The translations under genes and the position numbers were made by a program. From Candidatus Versatilivorator sp. (GTDB taxonomy: Bacteria > Acidobacteriota > Terriglobia > Versatilivoradales > Versatilivoraceae): a DNA stretch of 64,000 bases. The stretch spans positions 608,001 through 672,000 of the forward strand of contig OZ242296.1 of assembly GCA_965207735.1 (NCBI GenBank). Reading direction: 5' to 3'. Below, piece after piece: positions 48,159 to 58,533 of this stretch (position 1 is the first letter of the stretch; every line of letters starts with the position of its first letter). Under the pieces are notes generated by a model. That model was not told the origin of the DNA. It saw only the letters and a list, made by a program, of their open reading frames with translations, and did no database searches.

Positions 48159-48974
48159 ATGGAGTGGCGACCCGAAATCGACAGTAATCCCGTCATCACC
48201 CTGACAACCGACTTCGGGGTGGATGACCCCTACGTCGGCATGATGAAGGCGGTCATTCTCTCAATTGCCCCCGAGGTCAGGATCGTTGATCTGACCCACG
48301 GCATCGGCTCCCATGATGTGATGGAAGCCGCCCTGGTGATCGCGTCCGCCTACGCCTATTTTCCCAAGGGCGCCATTCACGTGGTAGTGGTGGACCCGGG
48401 AGTCGGCAGCCACAGGCGCCCCTTGCTGGTTGTCACCGAGAAGGGATACTTTGTGGCGCCCGACAACGGCGTGCTCAGCCGGATTCATGCCGGCTCTTCC
48501 CGGGTAGCCTGTCTGGAGCTGACGGCCGCGCGGTTCTTCCACCACCCAGTCAGCCAGACCTTTCACGGCCGGGATGTTTTCGCCCCGGTGGCGGCTTGGC
48601 TCAGCCGCGGCGTTGAACCGGCGCAATTCGGCAGCTCGATCAATAATTGGGTTTCCTTCGGCCTGCCGGAGGTGCGGAAGCTGGGGCGGGATGGTTTGAC
48701 GGGAACGGTTCTGCGCGTGGACAAGTTCGGAAACCTGATCACCAATCTCCGGATCGAGAAATTCCAGGACCGGCTGCAGTCGGGAAAGTTCAGCCTGAGC
48801 ATTGGCCCCCACCGGATCCACCAGTTGTGCCGGTCTTACCGCGAGGCTCGAGGTTCGGAACCCTTCGTGATCTGGGGCAGTCTGGGCCTGTTGGAGATTT
48901 CCTGCAATCGGGCTTCCGCCGCCAAGCACCTCCAGGCTGGCGTCCACGATGAGTTTGAGATGCGCTTCCAATGA
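48159..48974 (+). CDS. SAM hydroxide adenosyltransferase (DUF62)
   Basis: LTTDFG, VVDPGVG, APDNG, TFHGRDVF, DKFGN motifs. Confidence 0.9.
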   Translation: MEWRPEIDSNPVITLTTDFGVDDPYVGMMKAVILSIAPEVRIVDLTHGIGSHDVMEAALVIASAYAYFPKGAIHVVVVDPGVGSHRRPLLVVTEKGYFVAPDNGVLSRIHAGSSRVACLELTAARFFHHPVSQTFHGRDVFAPVAAWLSRGVEPAQFGSSINNWVSFGLPEVRKLGRDGLTGTVLRVDKFGNLITNLRIEKFQDRLQSGKFSLSIGPHRIHQLCRSYREARGSEPFVIWGSLGLLEISCNRASAAKHLQAGVHDEFEMRFQ

Positions 48975-49226
48975 CGATTGGAACCCGCGGTGTGTCCGGG
49001 TGTGCCGAGGCGGGGCGGGCGAAGGTTGCGGCAGCCGGCGACGGGTCCCTGGCAGCCATGGGCGCCCGGCACTTTGTGTTACCGCAATACATCACAATCA
49101 GGCTAACAAGTTTCTGAAAACAAATGGCCTTTCATCATGAATCCAACGACTTGGCGAGACCTGCCGGCCAGGGGCATTAACCCATCTTTAACAAAGAAAC
49201 GGCCGATTTGAGGTATTTTACCCCCA

Positions 49227-50713
49227 GAGCCTTTTGCAAAATTCGGAATCGGGCATGACATTGGGCTGGCAACAGTGATGTTCCGGCGGTGACTACCCAG
49301 CTGCAAAGACCCTTTTGAAGGAAAAAGCCCGAATCTGATGGCCGGATGGCCAGCGGTCGCCGGACGCAGGCACAGCTTACCCTCTCCCGGCCTTGAGGCG
49401 GGCGAACCTGCTGTGCGGTTGGGGGTGGCAACCCGGTCTTCAGAGCGTCAGGCGCATCAACTGATCCACCGTCAGGGCCAGAATGCCGAACATCAGGTGG
49501 CACCTCACCTTGTCGGGGCCGCGAACCCTCACCTGCCTCCCGCCAAACTCCTCCTTGAGCCGTCCGTTGACCCGCTCCACCGTCGAGCGTTCCCGGTAGC
49601 GCCGCGCCTCGGGAGTCACTTGGCCGATACAGCGCCGGGCCAGTGCCTCCCGCTTCCGCTCGGCTTTCAAGGTAGCTCTTCGGCGGGGGTTGACGTCAAT
49701 AATCGGCACATGCCCCAGCTTCTCACTGAAGGCCCGGATCTCCGGCGCATCGTAGGCGCTGTCCATCAAGTCGTAGAGACTCTCGACCCGCCTTGCCGTC
49801 AGCGTCGCCAGCGGAATGGCTGCCTGAGAGTCATGCACCGAGGCCGAGGTCAGCAGACAACTGACCGGAATCCCGCCGTCAATGGCGTCGAGGTGTAGCT
49901 TGTAGCCGGTCCAGCTCTCCTGATGCCCCTTGGCGTTGCGCTTGACGCCGATGTCGCAGGCCTTGGGCAACTCCTTCAACATTTCCTCCAGCGTCATCGA
50001 CCCCTGCCGCTCCAGCCGGCTCAACCGCTTGGGCCGTCGCTCGCCCTTCGGCGGCCGGCCCCGCCGGCGTTTCCGCTTGGCCTCCGGCGCAGCCTTGGCC
50101 GCTGGCTTTTCCCGTCCCGCAATCGCCGTCGAGTCCCTCGACACATGCCCCGCCAAGTGGCCCTTCAGCGTCTCCTCCAGCAATGCCTCGTGCAAACGCC
50201 CCGGCAGGTCGCTCTCAGCGAATTCCGCAAAGGCCCGCGAGAAGGTCGACTCGCTCGGTACCTCCCACGCCCTCTCCCAGCCGCACAGCCGCCGCAGCCT
50301 CCCCTCACTCCTCAGCCGCTCCACCAATCCCCGCGTGGTCGCCACCTCCAGCATCGACTTCGCCAGATAGGCTCGCGCCAGCACTGCCCGATCCTCCAGC
50401 GGCCGGCCACGCCAGCCCCGACTGTAAGGCAGCAACTCCTCCACCCGCACCAACTCCAATACCTGCACCAGCCGCTGGTAACGCTCTCCCAGAGGCCCCA
50501 AAACTTCCTCCAGCAGGGGAAACAGCTCTCGTTGAAACCGGAACCAGTGTCGTGATAGGGTTTCCCTAAGGGGCAAGTTCCACCTCCGTTCATCATGTGG
50601 TTCAGACACCTTCATGATACAACAGACAGTGGTCTTGCCCCTCCTTCCACCTGCCCTCCTTGATCTTTCCCCACGTGAAAATTCCCGCTATCTGCGAATT
50701 TTGCAAAAGGCTC
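49227..50713 (-). mobile_element. IS (IS5/IS1182-like DDE), copy 2
   Basis: Same IRs as copy 1; 4-bp TSD CCCA. Confidence 0.95.
49440..50615 (-). CDS. DDE transposase (same protein as 26202-27377)
   Basis: Identical translation. Confidence 0.92.
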   Translation of the reverse strand: MKVSEPHDERRWNLPLRETLSRHWFRFQRELFPLLEEVLGPLGERYQRLVQVLELVRVEELLPYSRGWRGRPLEDRAVLARAYLAKSMLEVATTRGLVERLRSEGRLRRLCGWERAWEVPSESTFSRAFAEFAESDLPGRLHEALLEETLKGHLAGHVSRDSTAIAGREKPAAKAAPEAKRKRRRGRPPKGERRPKRLSRLERQGSMTLEEMLKELPKACDIGVKRNAKGHQESWTGYKLHLDAIDGGIPVSCLLTSASVHDSQAAIPLATLTARRVESLYDLMDSAYDAPEIRAFSEKLGHVPIIDVNPRRRATLKAERKREALARRCIGQVTPEARRYRERSTVERVNGRLKEEFGGRQVRVRGPDKVRCHLMFGILALTVDQLMRLTL

Positions 50714-50832
50714 CCCATTTTAGCCTAAAACCACCCGTAAGTTGTTGATTCTTGGTTGAGGAGGTGAATGTAGTGCCATAATCGTATGGGATGGGCTTGA
50801 CCCCCTCTCTCTCCTCTGGTAGCGTCCCTCCC

Positions 50833-52626
50833 ATGTTCATCCGACGCACCCAGACCCGCAGCCTCCATTCCGGACAGACCTACTTCACCCACCGCCTCGT
50901 CCGCTCCCATCGCGTCAGTGGCAAGGTCCGCCAGCAGACCCTCCTCAACCTCGGTCGACACTTCTCGATCCCCCGTGAGGACTGGCCCTTGTTGTGCCGC
51001 CGTCTCGATCAGATCCTCACCGGTCAGTTGCCTCTCTTGCCGGTGGCTTCCACCCCGTTGGAGGAGGAAGCCCAACGCATGGCCCAGCGCTTGCTTGAGG
51101 GCGAAGCCGACGTGACCGGCGTTGGCGGGGAGGCCGCCTCAGAGGACCTGCAGACGGTCGAGGTGGATTCGGTGGCCTTGACACGTCCGCGCAGCGTGGG
51201 GGTGGAGCAGGTCGGTTGCTGGGCGCTGGAGCAGTTGGGGCTGGGGGATCTGCTGACCGAGTTAGGGCTGAACGGACCGATGCGGGCAGCGGCGTTGGGG
51301 GCCATGGTAGGCCGTCTGGCCCGACCGGGCTCGGAGAGGGCCACCTGGGGCTGGCTCAGGCGGCGCAGCGGCTTGGGCGAGTTGCTGGAGGTTGACTTCG
51401 AGAGCCTGAGTCTGATGCAGATGTATCGGGCCTCGGACGCGCTGATGAAGCATCGGGAGGCCATCGAGCGTCACCTCTTCACCCGGGCCATGGGGTTGTT
51501 CGATCTGGAGCCGACCGTCACCCTGTTCGATCTGACCAACACCTTCTTCGAAGGGGCGGCCGGCCATCAGCCCAAGGCCGAGCGGGGTCACTCGAAGGAC
51601 AAGCGCAGCGACTGTCGGCTGCTGACGCTGGGGTTGGTGCTGGACGGGGCGGGGTTTGTGCGCCGCTCGGAGGTCTTTGCCGGTAGGGTGGATGAGCCCC
51701 GCACCCTGGAGGGGATGCTGGAGGCGCTGGTGGTGATGGATCGGGGGGTGGCGACCGAGGACCGGATCCAGTGGCTGAGGCAGGAAGGGTATCGCTACCT
51801 GGTGGCCAGCCGCCAGGGCCGGAGGCAGTTCGATGCCGAGGCGGCCTTGACGGTGGAGACGGCTTCCAAGGCTCCCTTGCAGCTCCACAAGGAGGTCTCC
51901 GATGACGGGCAGGAAGTGCGTCTCTACTGCCGCTCACAGCAGCGGGCTGAGAAGGAGAAGGGCATCGTGGAGCGCTTCAGCCGGCGCTTCGAGCAGGGGC
52001 TCACCCGACTCTCCGAGGGGCTTTCCCGGCCGCGGACTCACAAAGGCGTCGAGAAGGTCCGGGAGAGGATCGGGCGGCTGAAGGAACAGAGCCGCGGGGT
52101 GGGGCAACACTACAGCATCGAGGTCCTCACCGACGAGAGCGGCCGCAAGGCGACAGCGCTGAGATGGAAGCACCGTCCCCGCCAGGGCTCGATGGCCACC
52201 CATCCGGGGGTCTACTGCCTGCGCAGCAACCAGACTGACTGGGACGAGGAAAGTCTCTGGCGTACCTACACGACTCTGACCGACGTGGAAGCGGTGTTTC
52301 GCTCCCTGAAGTCCGAGCTGGGCCTGCGGCCCATCTATCATCACAAGCCGGTGCGCTCGGAAGGTCACCTGTTTCTGACGGTCATCGCCTATCAACTGGT
52401 GCAGGTCATCCGCAAACGCCTCAAGCAGCGCGGCGAGGCCTCCAGTTGGACCACGCTGCGGCGCATCCTGGAAGGACAGCAGCGGGTCACGGTCACCTTC
52501 CGGCGTCAGGACGGGCGGACCTTGCACGTCCGCAAGGCCACACGGGCCGAACCCGATCAGAGGGCCATCTACGACGCCCTGGGCATCGATCCCTCTCCTG
52601 GAGGGATCCGCAAGATGATCGTCTGA
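50833..52626 (+). CDS. IS1634 family transposase
   Basis: MFIRRT, DLTNTFFEG, GHSKDKR, MDRG, VEAVFRSLKSELGLRPIYH motifs. Confidence 0.9.
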   Translation: MFIRRTQTRSLHSGQTYFTHRLVRSHRVSGKVRQQTLLNLGRHFSIPREDWPLLCRRLDQILTGQLPLLPVASTPLEEEAQRMAQRLLEGEADVTGVGGEAASEDLQTVEVDSVALTRPRSVGVEQVGCWALEQLGLGDLLTELGLNGPMRAAALGAMVGRLARPGSERATWGWLRRRSGLGELLEVDFESLSLMQMYRASDALMKHREAIERHLFTRAMGLFDLEPTVTLFDLTNTFFEGAAGHQPKAERGHSKDKRSDCRLLTLGLVLDGAGFVRRSEVFAGRVDEPRTLEGMLEALVVMDRGVATEDRIQWLRQEGYRYLVASRQGRRQFDAEAALTVETASKAPLQLHKEVSDDGQEVRLYCRSQQRAEKEKGIVERFSRRFEQGLTRLSEGLSRPRTHKGVEKVRERIGRLKEQSRGVGQHYSIEVLTDESGRKATALRWKHRPRQGSMATHPGVYCLRSNQTDWDEESLWRTYTTLTDVEAVFRSLKSELGLRPIYHHKPVRSEGHLFLTVIAYQLVQVIRKRLKQRGEASSWTTLRRILEGQQRVTVTFRRQDGRTLHVRKATRAEPDQRAIYDALGIDPSPGGIRKMIV

Positions 52627-52759
52627 TTCCTCCAAAATCTCCGGTTTCAACGCGTTTGTAGTGCCACTTGCGCGTTGAGCCTTTTGTAACCTGTTGATAA
52701 TAAACGTATACTTGGAAGCCGTGTTAAAGATGGGTTAACGGCGGCCGAGGACGGTTTCC

Positions 52760-53602
52760 ATGCAACCAACAGCGGCGACAGAGGGGTTGAAGAACCTGCT
52801 GATTCAGCCGGAAGCCAAGTTGGACCTGGCTGCCGCGGCGTTGCAGATTGCCCTGGAGGAGTATCCCGATCTCGAAGTGGCGAGCCACCTGATGCGCTTG
52901 GACCGGCTGGCCGAGCGGGCAGCCGGCCGGCTTTCCCTTTCGGTGGAACCGGATGTGATCGACAGCCTGGATAGCATCAACCAGACGCTGTATCGCGAGG
53001 AAGGGTTTTCGGGTAATTCCGACGCTTACTACGACCCGCGCAACAGTTTCGTGAATGAGGTTCTAGACCGCCGCACGGGGATTCCCATTACCCTGTCCAT
53101 CGTTTACATGGAGGTGGGGCGGCGGCTGGGCCTGGATATTCGCGGGGTCGGATTGCCTGGCCATTTCCTGGTGAAGTGTGTTGCGGCCAGTGGCCAATGG
53201 TTGATCGACCCCTTTTTCGGAGGGAAGACCGTCACCGAGGCGGAGTGCCGCCAGCGCCTGAAGCGCCTGCACGGAGAGGAATTCTCGTTCGACCGTTCCT
53301 ACCTGGATTGCGTCACCAAGCGCCAGATTCTCGGGCGTCTGTTGGCCAACTTGAAGATGATCTACCTGGGACAACGGGATTTCAGAAGAGCCTTCAATGT
53401 GATCGAAAAAATCCTTCTCATCTTTCCGAAGGCAGCCGGAGAGATCCGGGACCGCGGCTCGGTTTCGTTTCGGCTCCATCGTTTTTCCGAGGCCATGCGG
53501 GACTGGGACCGCTACCTGGCCATGGAGCCCCAGGCGTCGGACACAGGAGAGGTCAAGCAGAACATGAAGGCGGCTGCGACCCAGATCGGTCTTCGCAACT
53601 GA
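52760..53602 (+). CDS. SirB1-like transglutaminase-core/TPR protein
   Basis: YYDPRNSF..VL.RR.GIPITL, GLPGHFL, C-terminal TPR. Confidence 0.88.
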   Translation: MQPTAATEGLKNLLIQPEAKLDLAAAALQIALEEYPDLEVASHLMRLDRLAERAAGRLSLSVEPDVIDSLDSINQTLYREEGFSGNSDAYYDPRNSFVNEVLDRRTGIPITLSIVYMEVGRRLGLDIRGVGLPGHFLVKCVAASGQWLIDPFFGGKTVTEAECRQRLKRLHGEEFSFDRSYLDCVTKRQILGRLLANLKMIYLGQRDFRRAFNVIEKILLIFPKAAGEIRDRGSVSFRLHRFSEAMRDWDRYLAMEPQASDTGEVKQNMKAAATQIGLRN

Positions 53603-53616
53603 GACAGAACACTGGT

Positions 53617-55167
53617 TCACAACATCGGGCCTGCTCGCCAGAGGGCAAACTCCCGGTGACCGACAATCTCGTTCTTGGCGAGTTTGCCGGAGGCTACGGC
53701 AAGGATTGTGTCGAAAATGTGCTGGCCGACCTCGTCCAGGGTTTGAGTCCCATCGATGATTGTGCCGGCGTTGATATCCATGTTCTCTTCCAGATGGTGG
53801 AACATGCGGCTGTTGGTCGCGATCTTGAGGACCGGGACGATGGGGTTCCCGGTGGGAGTCCCTCGCCCGGTGGTGAAACAGACGACGTTGGCTCCACTGG
53901 ACACCAACCCGGATACCGACGGGGTATCGAAACCGGGTGAATCCATGATCACAAAGCCGGTCCGGTTGATTCTCTGCGCATAGTCGAAGACGGCTTGCAG
54001 TGGAGTGTTTCCTGCCTTGCGAATGGCCCCCAGCGATTTCTCCACGATGTTGGATATCCCGCCTGCAATGTTGCCTGGGGAAGGGTTCTCGTCCAGTTCT
54101 CCTCCCAGCGCGGCCGCGTAGGCTTTATAGCGTTCCAGGATTTGCCACAAGCCCTCGGCAGCCTGGGTGGAGGCCGCACCCCTCATCAGCAGATGTTCGG
54201 CGCCATAGATCTCCGGGGTCTCCGGCAGCACGGTGGTGCCGCCGCAATTGACGATATGGTCGCTGGCGCGCCCCAGAGCCGGATTGGCTGAAATACCCGA
54301 GTAGGCGTCCGACCCTCCGCACTGCAGACCCAGCAGCAGGTGTTTGGCGGAGACGCTGGTACGTCTGCATTCTCGGGCCTGTTCCACCAACTCCTCCACG
54401 ATTTGAATACCCTGCGTCACGGCTGGGGTGGTGCCCCCGGCTCCCTGGATGGTCAGGTAGCGGACCCGGCCCCGAGTATGGGTCTGAAACTGCAGGGGTA
54501 GGCTGGAGTGGCACCCCTGCACACACTCCACGTTGCTCTCCTCGCATCCCAGACCCAATACCAGGACAGCGGCAACGTTGGGGTGGTACATGATCCCGTT
54601 ATAGACGCGCATCAGTTGCGCAATATCCTCCCCCTTCTCGCCGCCGCATCCCTCCTGGTGAGTGATGGGAATGACCCCGTCGAAATGGGGGTCGTCCTGA
54701 AACCGCTGCTCGAAATGTCTGGCGATGAGCTGCGTCGGATGGCTCGAGCAGATCACGGTTGACAGCACCACCACGTAATTGCGGGTGCCGACGCCCCCCC
54801 ATTCCCTCCGGTAGCCCTGAAAGCAGGGGACCTCGCTGGAGGGGCGAAACCGCACCGGCTTGGGATTGATTCGGGTCGACTTGCGGTGGGCGCTGGTGTC
54901 TGGGGCCATATTGTGATTGTGGACCGTGCTGCCCTCGGGAATGGGACGGGTTGCAAGGCCGATGACTTCCCCGTAACGGAGGACGGTCTCGCCGGAGGCG
55001 ATCCCTCGCAATGCAATCTTGTGACCCGGTTGCACCGTTTGGGTGACCAAGAGGCGAGTGCCGTTGGAGCTCAAGAGAGTTCCCTTGCCGATGGTGGCCT
55101 TGGCCACGGCCACGTTGTCTTCGGGATGAATGACGATCGCTTTATCCGCCAGGCTGGCTTCGCTCAT
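53617..55167 (-). CDS. uxaA: altronate/galactarate dehydratase (UxaA/GarD family)
   Basis: SAF N-domain (DNVAVA, GHKIAL), GTRNY, CGGSD, NPSPGN, FTTGRG. Confidence 0.88.
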   Translation of the reverse strand: MSEASLADKAIVIHPEDNVAVAKATIGKGTLLSSNGTRLLVTQTVQPGHKIALRGIASGETVLRYGEVIGLATRPIPEGSTVHNHNMAPDTSAHRKSTRINPKPVRFRPSSEVPCFQGYRREWGGVGTRNYVVVLSTVICSSHPTQLIARHFEQRFQDDPHFDGVIPITHQEGCGGEKGEDIAQLMRVYNGIMYHPNVAAVLVLGLGCEESNVECVQGCHSSLPLQFQTHTRGRVRYLTIQGAGGTTPAVTQGIQIVEELVEQARECRRTSVSAKHLLLGLQCGGSDAYSGISANPALGRASDHIVNCGGTTVLPETPEIYGAEHLLMRGAASTQAAEGLWQILERYKAYAAALGGELDENPSPGNIAGGISNIVEKSLGAIRKAGNTPLQAVFDYAQRINRTGFVIMDSPGFDTPSVSGLVSSGANVVCFTTGRGTPTGNPIVPVLKIATNSRMFHHLEENMDINAGTIIDGTQTLDEVGQHIFDTILAVASGKLAKNEIVGHREFALWRAGPML

Positions 55168-55377
55168 GGAGATGCATCCTTATGGGCAATGGCACTCGAA
55201 CTATTGAGGCATTGCATTGCAGACAGGGGGGTTATCCGATTCAGGGGTCTGACGGCCCGCCCTGATCCCGGGGCGGGCATGATATCAGATGGACTCTGGC
55301 TCAGGGGAGTGAAATCGCTTGCGATTCCGGCGGGGTGACCGCGCTGCAGGAGGCCTTGAGTTCGCAAGGCCTTCCAT

Positions 55378-56190
55378 TCATCCGGGCGATCCCGGATCGT
55401 CAGCCGAATAACGGAGCAACCCCTTGACTTCTTCGGGTAAGCGTTCGAATACGGACGCCGGCAGGGAAGGCACCTCGGCGTTGGCCCCGCCGGTGGCATC
55501 GACGATATCCCGACGATCGACGGTGCCCGGGCGGAGAGGGTCGAGGTTCAGCCACCAGGGCGCGTAGCGCACAATGACCGCAACCCGGTCCCGATCGGTT
55601 CGATTGGTGGCCACGGCATGCCAAAGGCGGGCATCGCAGACGGCAACGGTTCCGGCGGGACCCAGCAGACGGCACTCGTGGGGGTGGGGATCGTAGGGAT
55701 CGACGCCCCCTCCTTTCCTGGGGTGGTTGGGCTTGCGGTGGCTGCCGGGGACCACAACGGTGGCGCCGTTCTCCTCGGTGAAATCGGTCAGCATCCAGAA
55801 GGTCACCAGATGCATGAGCAGATCGGGGTAGGGAGCCGGAATGCAAGCAGCGCTATCCTGGTTGTAGGGCCAGTCGGCGTGGAATGCTCCCCGCGGGATT
55901 CCCGGACCGTTGACCGAACCCGTCAGCATGGAAATGCGAACATGGGGACCCAGCAGAGATTGAGCCAGCCCCAGGACCCGAGGATGGGCCAGGAAGGGAG
56001 CCAAGGCCTGATTCACTCTCAAGAATCCGGGGACATGCCCGACGGGCATGGGCATGTCGGTGTGGGTCCTGACGTCTCTGGCCACGCTCCGGCGCAGGTC
56101 ATCCAGTTCCCCTGGCGGAAGCACCCCCGGAATGAGGCAGTAGCCTCGCTCGGCCAGTTGGGAAGCCAGTGCCGTGTGGTTTGAGTTCAC
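55378..56190 (-). CDS. phytanoyl-CoA dioxygenase (PhyH) family Fe/2OG oxygenase
   Basis: HAD, ENGAT.VVPGSH, LWHA..N.T..DR motifs. Confidence 0.88.
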   Translation of the reverse strand: MNSNHTALASQLAERGYCLIPGVLPPGELDDLRRSVARDVRTHTDMPMPVGHVPGFLRVNQALAPFLAHPRVLGLAQSLLGPHVRISMLTGSVNGPGIPRGAFHADWPYNQDSAACIPAPYPDLLMHLVTFWMLTDFTEENGATVVVPGSHRKPNHPRKGGGVDPYDPHPHECRLLGPAGTVAVCDARLWHAVATNRTDRDRVAVIVRYAPWWLNLDPLRPGTVDRRDIVDATGGANAEVPSLPASVFERLPEEVKGLLRYSADDPGSPG

Positions 56191-56269
56191 CTCTACCTCT
56201 TACAAGTTACAGACGCGGCTCCGGATATCCGGTTGTCGAGTGAAAGAAAAAAGCGTGGAGATATGCGGG

Positions 56270-58249
56270 TTAGACCCGCTGGGTGGTCTTGATGGCTTCC
56301 AGAACGTCTCGATCTTTCTCCAGGATGGCAGGGTTGTCGTTGCAGCAACTACCGGACGCGGCTGAGTCCTGTATCACCGGCAGTGTCAGGCGGTGCTGGG
56401 TTGTCTCAAGGGGAACTTTCTTGCCCTTGGCGAAGATGTCATGTCTCCCCCGGGTCTTGTGCCATTCCGCCAGGCTGGCCGTTTGGTGCATGTTTTCGAT
56501 GATCTGCCTCCAGCCGACCCCGGTGTTGTAGGCGCAGAAGGAAATCTCTCCCTCCTGGGTGCCGTAGGGAATGACGCACATCTCGGTGCGGCGGAAATCG
56601 TAGGTCCACAGATCCTGAAACCACATACCCTCCACGCACAATACCCGCCAGTCATCCAAGTCGCTACGGGTCTTCATGCGGTCGTTGCGGTCGCTGTCCG
56701 ACCTCGCCGAGCTTGGCTTGAACAGGTTGACGATTTGAGAGATCGGAAAACCCCGGGGAGCCAGGTCGGCTTTGAAATTGCGCAGAATGGCCAGAGCCAA
56801 TTGGGCTCCGGTCAAGGCCTTTCCGCGAGCGGTGTCGGTAATGACCGCCACGTCCCGGATGAACTGCTCGTAGTCAAAGAACTTGAACAGGGGCGTCCAT
56901 TCGCGGGTACGGCGGTTGACCACCAGCAGGCTGAAGATACCGCAGTTGGGGTGGCAGTTGCAGGCGCTCCATCCCCAGGAGGCGTCCGCCCCTTGCAGCA
57001 GATCCATCACGCTGGTGAAGGCGCTGTAGGAAGACAGGGGAAACCAGTCTCTCAGGGGCTGCCAGTCGGCGGACAACTGGCCCTTGAGGTCCTGGGTCAT
57101 TTGAGACAGGGTGTAGCGTTGGGCGTATCGCGTGCTGTCTTCGACGTCTTCATCCCGACCGGTGAAGGACACGGGTTGGAAGGCGATGGTTTGAATCTTG
57201 TCGACGTTGCGGGCTGCAAAATCGACGATGGACCCGATTCCCTGGTTGTTGACGCCGTTGACGATGGTGGTCACCAAAGTGGTTTTCATGCCCACCTTGG
57301 CCATGTTCTCGATGGACTGCAACTTGACGTCGAACAGATTGCCGACGCCGCGGTGACTGTTACTCTCTTCGCAGGTGCCGTCGAACTGCAGGTAGGCTCC
57401 GTGAAGTCCCGCCTCATGGGCCTGCCGGGTGAACTCCTCGCTCTGTGCGAAGCGAATCCCGTTGGTGGCCGCCAGAACCCGATAGAATCCGATCTTCTTG
57501 GCGTAGGCGACGGCTTCGATGAAGAATGGGGAGAGGGTGGGTTCTCCTCCGGAGAAAAGGATGATCACCTGACGACGTGGCTTGTAGGAGACGGCACGGT
57601 CCAGAATGGCCTTGATGTCTTCAAACTCCGGTTGATGAACATAGCCAACCTGATTGGCATCCATGAAGCAGGGATTGCACATCATGTTGCATCGGTTGGT
57701 CAAATCCACCGTCAGCACAGCGCCGCGTCCGAACTTGATGCTGGAGTTCCCATGGCGATGGACGTGGTCATCTTCGGAGCAACGGAAATCCCGCCCGAAG
57801 AAGAGGCCTTCGATTCGACGGGTAAATTCGGGGTCGGTGGAGAGCACATCTTCGAAAGGCCCGTGCTTGTCGCACACCTTGCGCATGATCACCTTGCCGC
57901 CCTCTTCCAGAATCTGGGCCTTGATTTCACCCGGGTGCCCGGACATCAGGGTGGAGAGGTCGGCTTCGCCGTTAATGATGGCATTGCGAACCTCGGGCAC
58001 GCAGCGCGGACACAAGGAGTCGGTGGTCCTGGGGAATCCCAGGGTAGGAGCCGAGCGTTCGTGGCTCTTGAGCATCTTGCCTGGAGCCCAGCTGGGAGTC
58101 GGGAGCTTTCCCTCCGGGAAGCTTCGATTGACGGCCTGGAAAGTCTTCCAGGTCAGATCGGCTACACCAGAGAGAAAAGACGAACCCGAAAACTGGTGCC
58201 ACCAGCTTCGGTTGCGACCATCTCTAAACATGTGGTCTGTGTACATCAA
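56270..58249 (-). CDS. radical SAM protein, Tes/GDGT-MAS (MJ0619)-like
   Basis: SLCPRC...KVCDKHG N-terminal site, DLTNRCNMMCNPC, SGGEPT, YLQFDG, FQPVSFTGR, CHPNCG, CVIPY..FCAYN. Confidence 0.8.
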   Translation of the reverse strand: MMYTDHMFRDGRNRSWWHQFSGSSFLSGVADLTWKTFQAVNRSFPEGKLPTPSWAPGKMLKSHERSAPTLGFPRTTDSLCPRCVPEVRNAIINGEADLSTLMSGHPGEIKAQILEEGGKVIMRKVCDKHGPFEDVLSTDPEFTRRIEGLFFGRDFRCSEDDHVHRHGNSSIKFGRGAVLTVDLTNRCNMMCNPCFMDANQVGYVHQPEFEDIKAILDRAVSYKPRRQVIILFSGGEPTLSPFFIEAVAYAKKIGFYRVLAATNGIRFAQSEEFTRQAHEAGLHGAYLQFDGTCEESNSHRGVGNLFDVKLQSIENMAKVGMKTTLVTTIVNGVNNQGIGSIVDFAARNVDKIQTIAFQPVSFTGRDEDVEDSTRYAQRYTLSQMTQDLKGQLSADWQPLRDWFPLSSYSAFTSVMDLLQGADASWGWSACNCHPNCGIFSLLVVNRRTREWTPLFKFFDYEQFIRDVAVITDTARGKALTGAQLALAILRNFKADLAPRGFPISQIVNLFKPSSARSDSDRNDRMKTRSDLDDWRVLCVEGMWFQDLWTYDFRRTEMCVIPYGTQEGEISFCAYNTGVGWRQIIENMHQTASLAEWHKTRGRHDIFAKGKKVPLETTQHRLTLPVIQDSAASGSCCNDNPAILEKDRDVLEAIKTTQRV

Positions 58250-58457
58250 TGCCTCCGAGACTGAGGGAATTGAGACCGCACACTACCAAGGCAGGATGGT
58301 AAGGGCCGTAACCGAATCACAGGCCTTTGGTTACCCGCCTCAAGGTACCAATTTCAGGGTGGCGGTGTCCAGGAAAAACTGTCTACGGAAAACTCCCCCG
58401 GGGAAGCCCGCAAGGCCACGGCGGGATTGCAGGTTGCCTGGTTGCGATTCTTGGGAG

Positions 58458-58533
58458 TGGAGCCGACGAGCGGGATTGAACCGCTGACCTGTCGATTACG
58501 AATCGACCGCTCTACCAGCTGAGCTACGTCGGC
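58458..58533 (-). tRNA. tRNA-Thr(CGT)
   Basis: GCCGACG acceptor stem, anticodon loop TTCGTAA, GGTTCAATCC T-arm, CCA end; 76 nt. Confidence 0.97.

Larger units (their letters stand above)
49181..52734 (+). mobile_element. IS1634-family element carrying a nested IS in its left end
   Basis: IR CCCATCTTTAACA / TGTTAAAGATGGG, flanked by TTAA on both sides. Confidence 0.85.

Noticed and set aside
48159-48974. Fluorinase/chlorinase
   Set aside because: The TFHGRD motif and housekeeping context fit the common DUF62 SAM hydrolase; nothing supports halogenase activity
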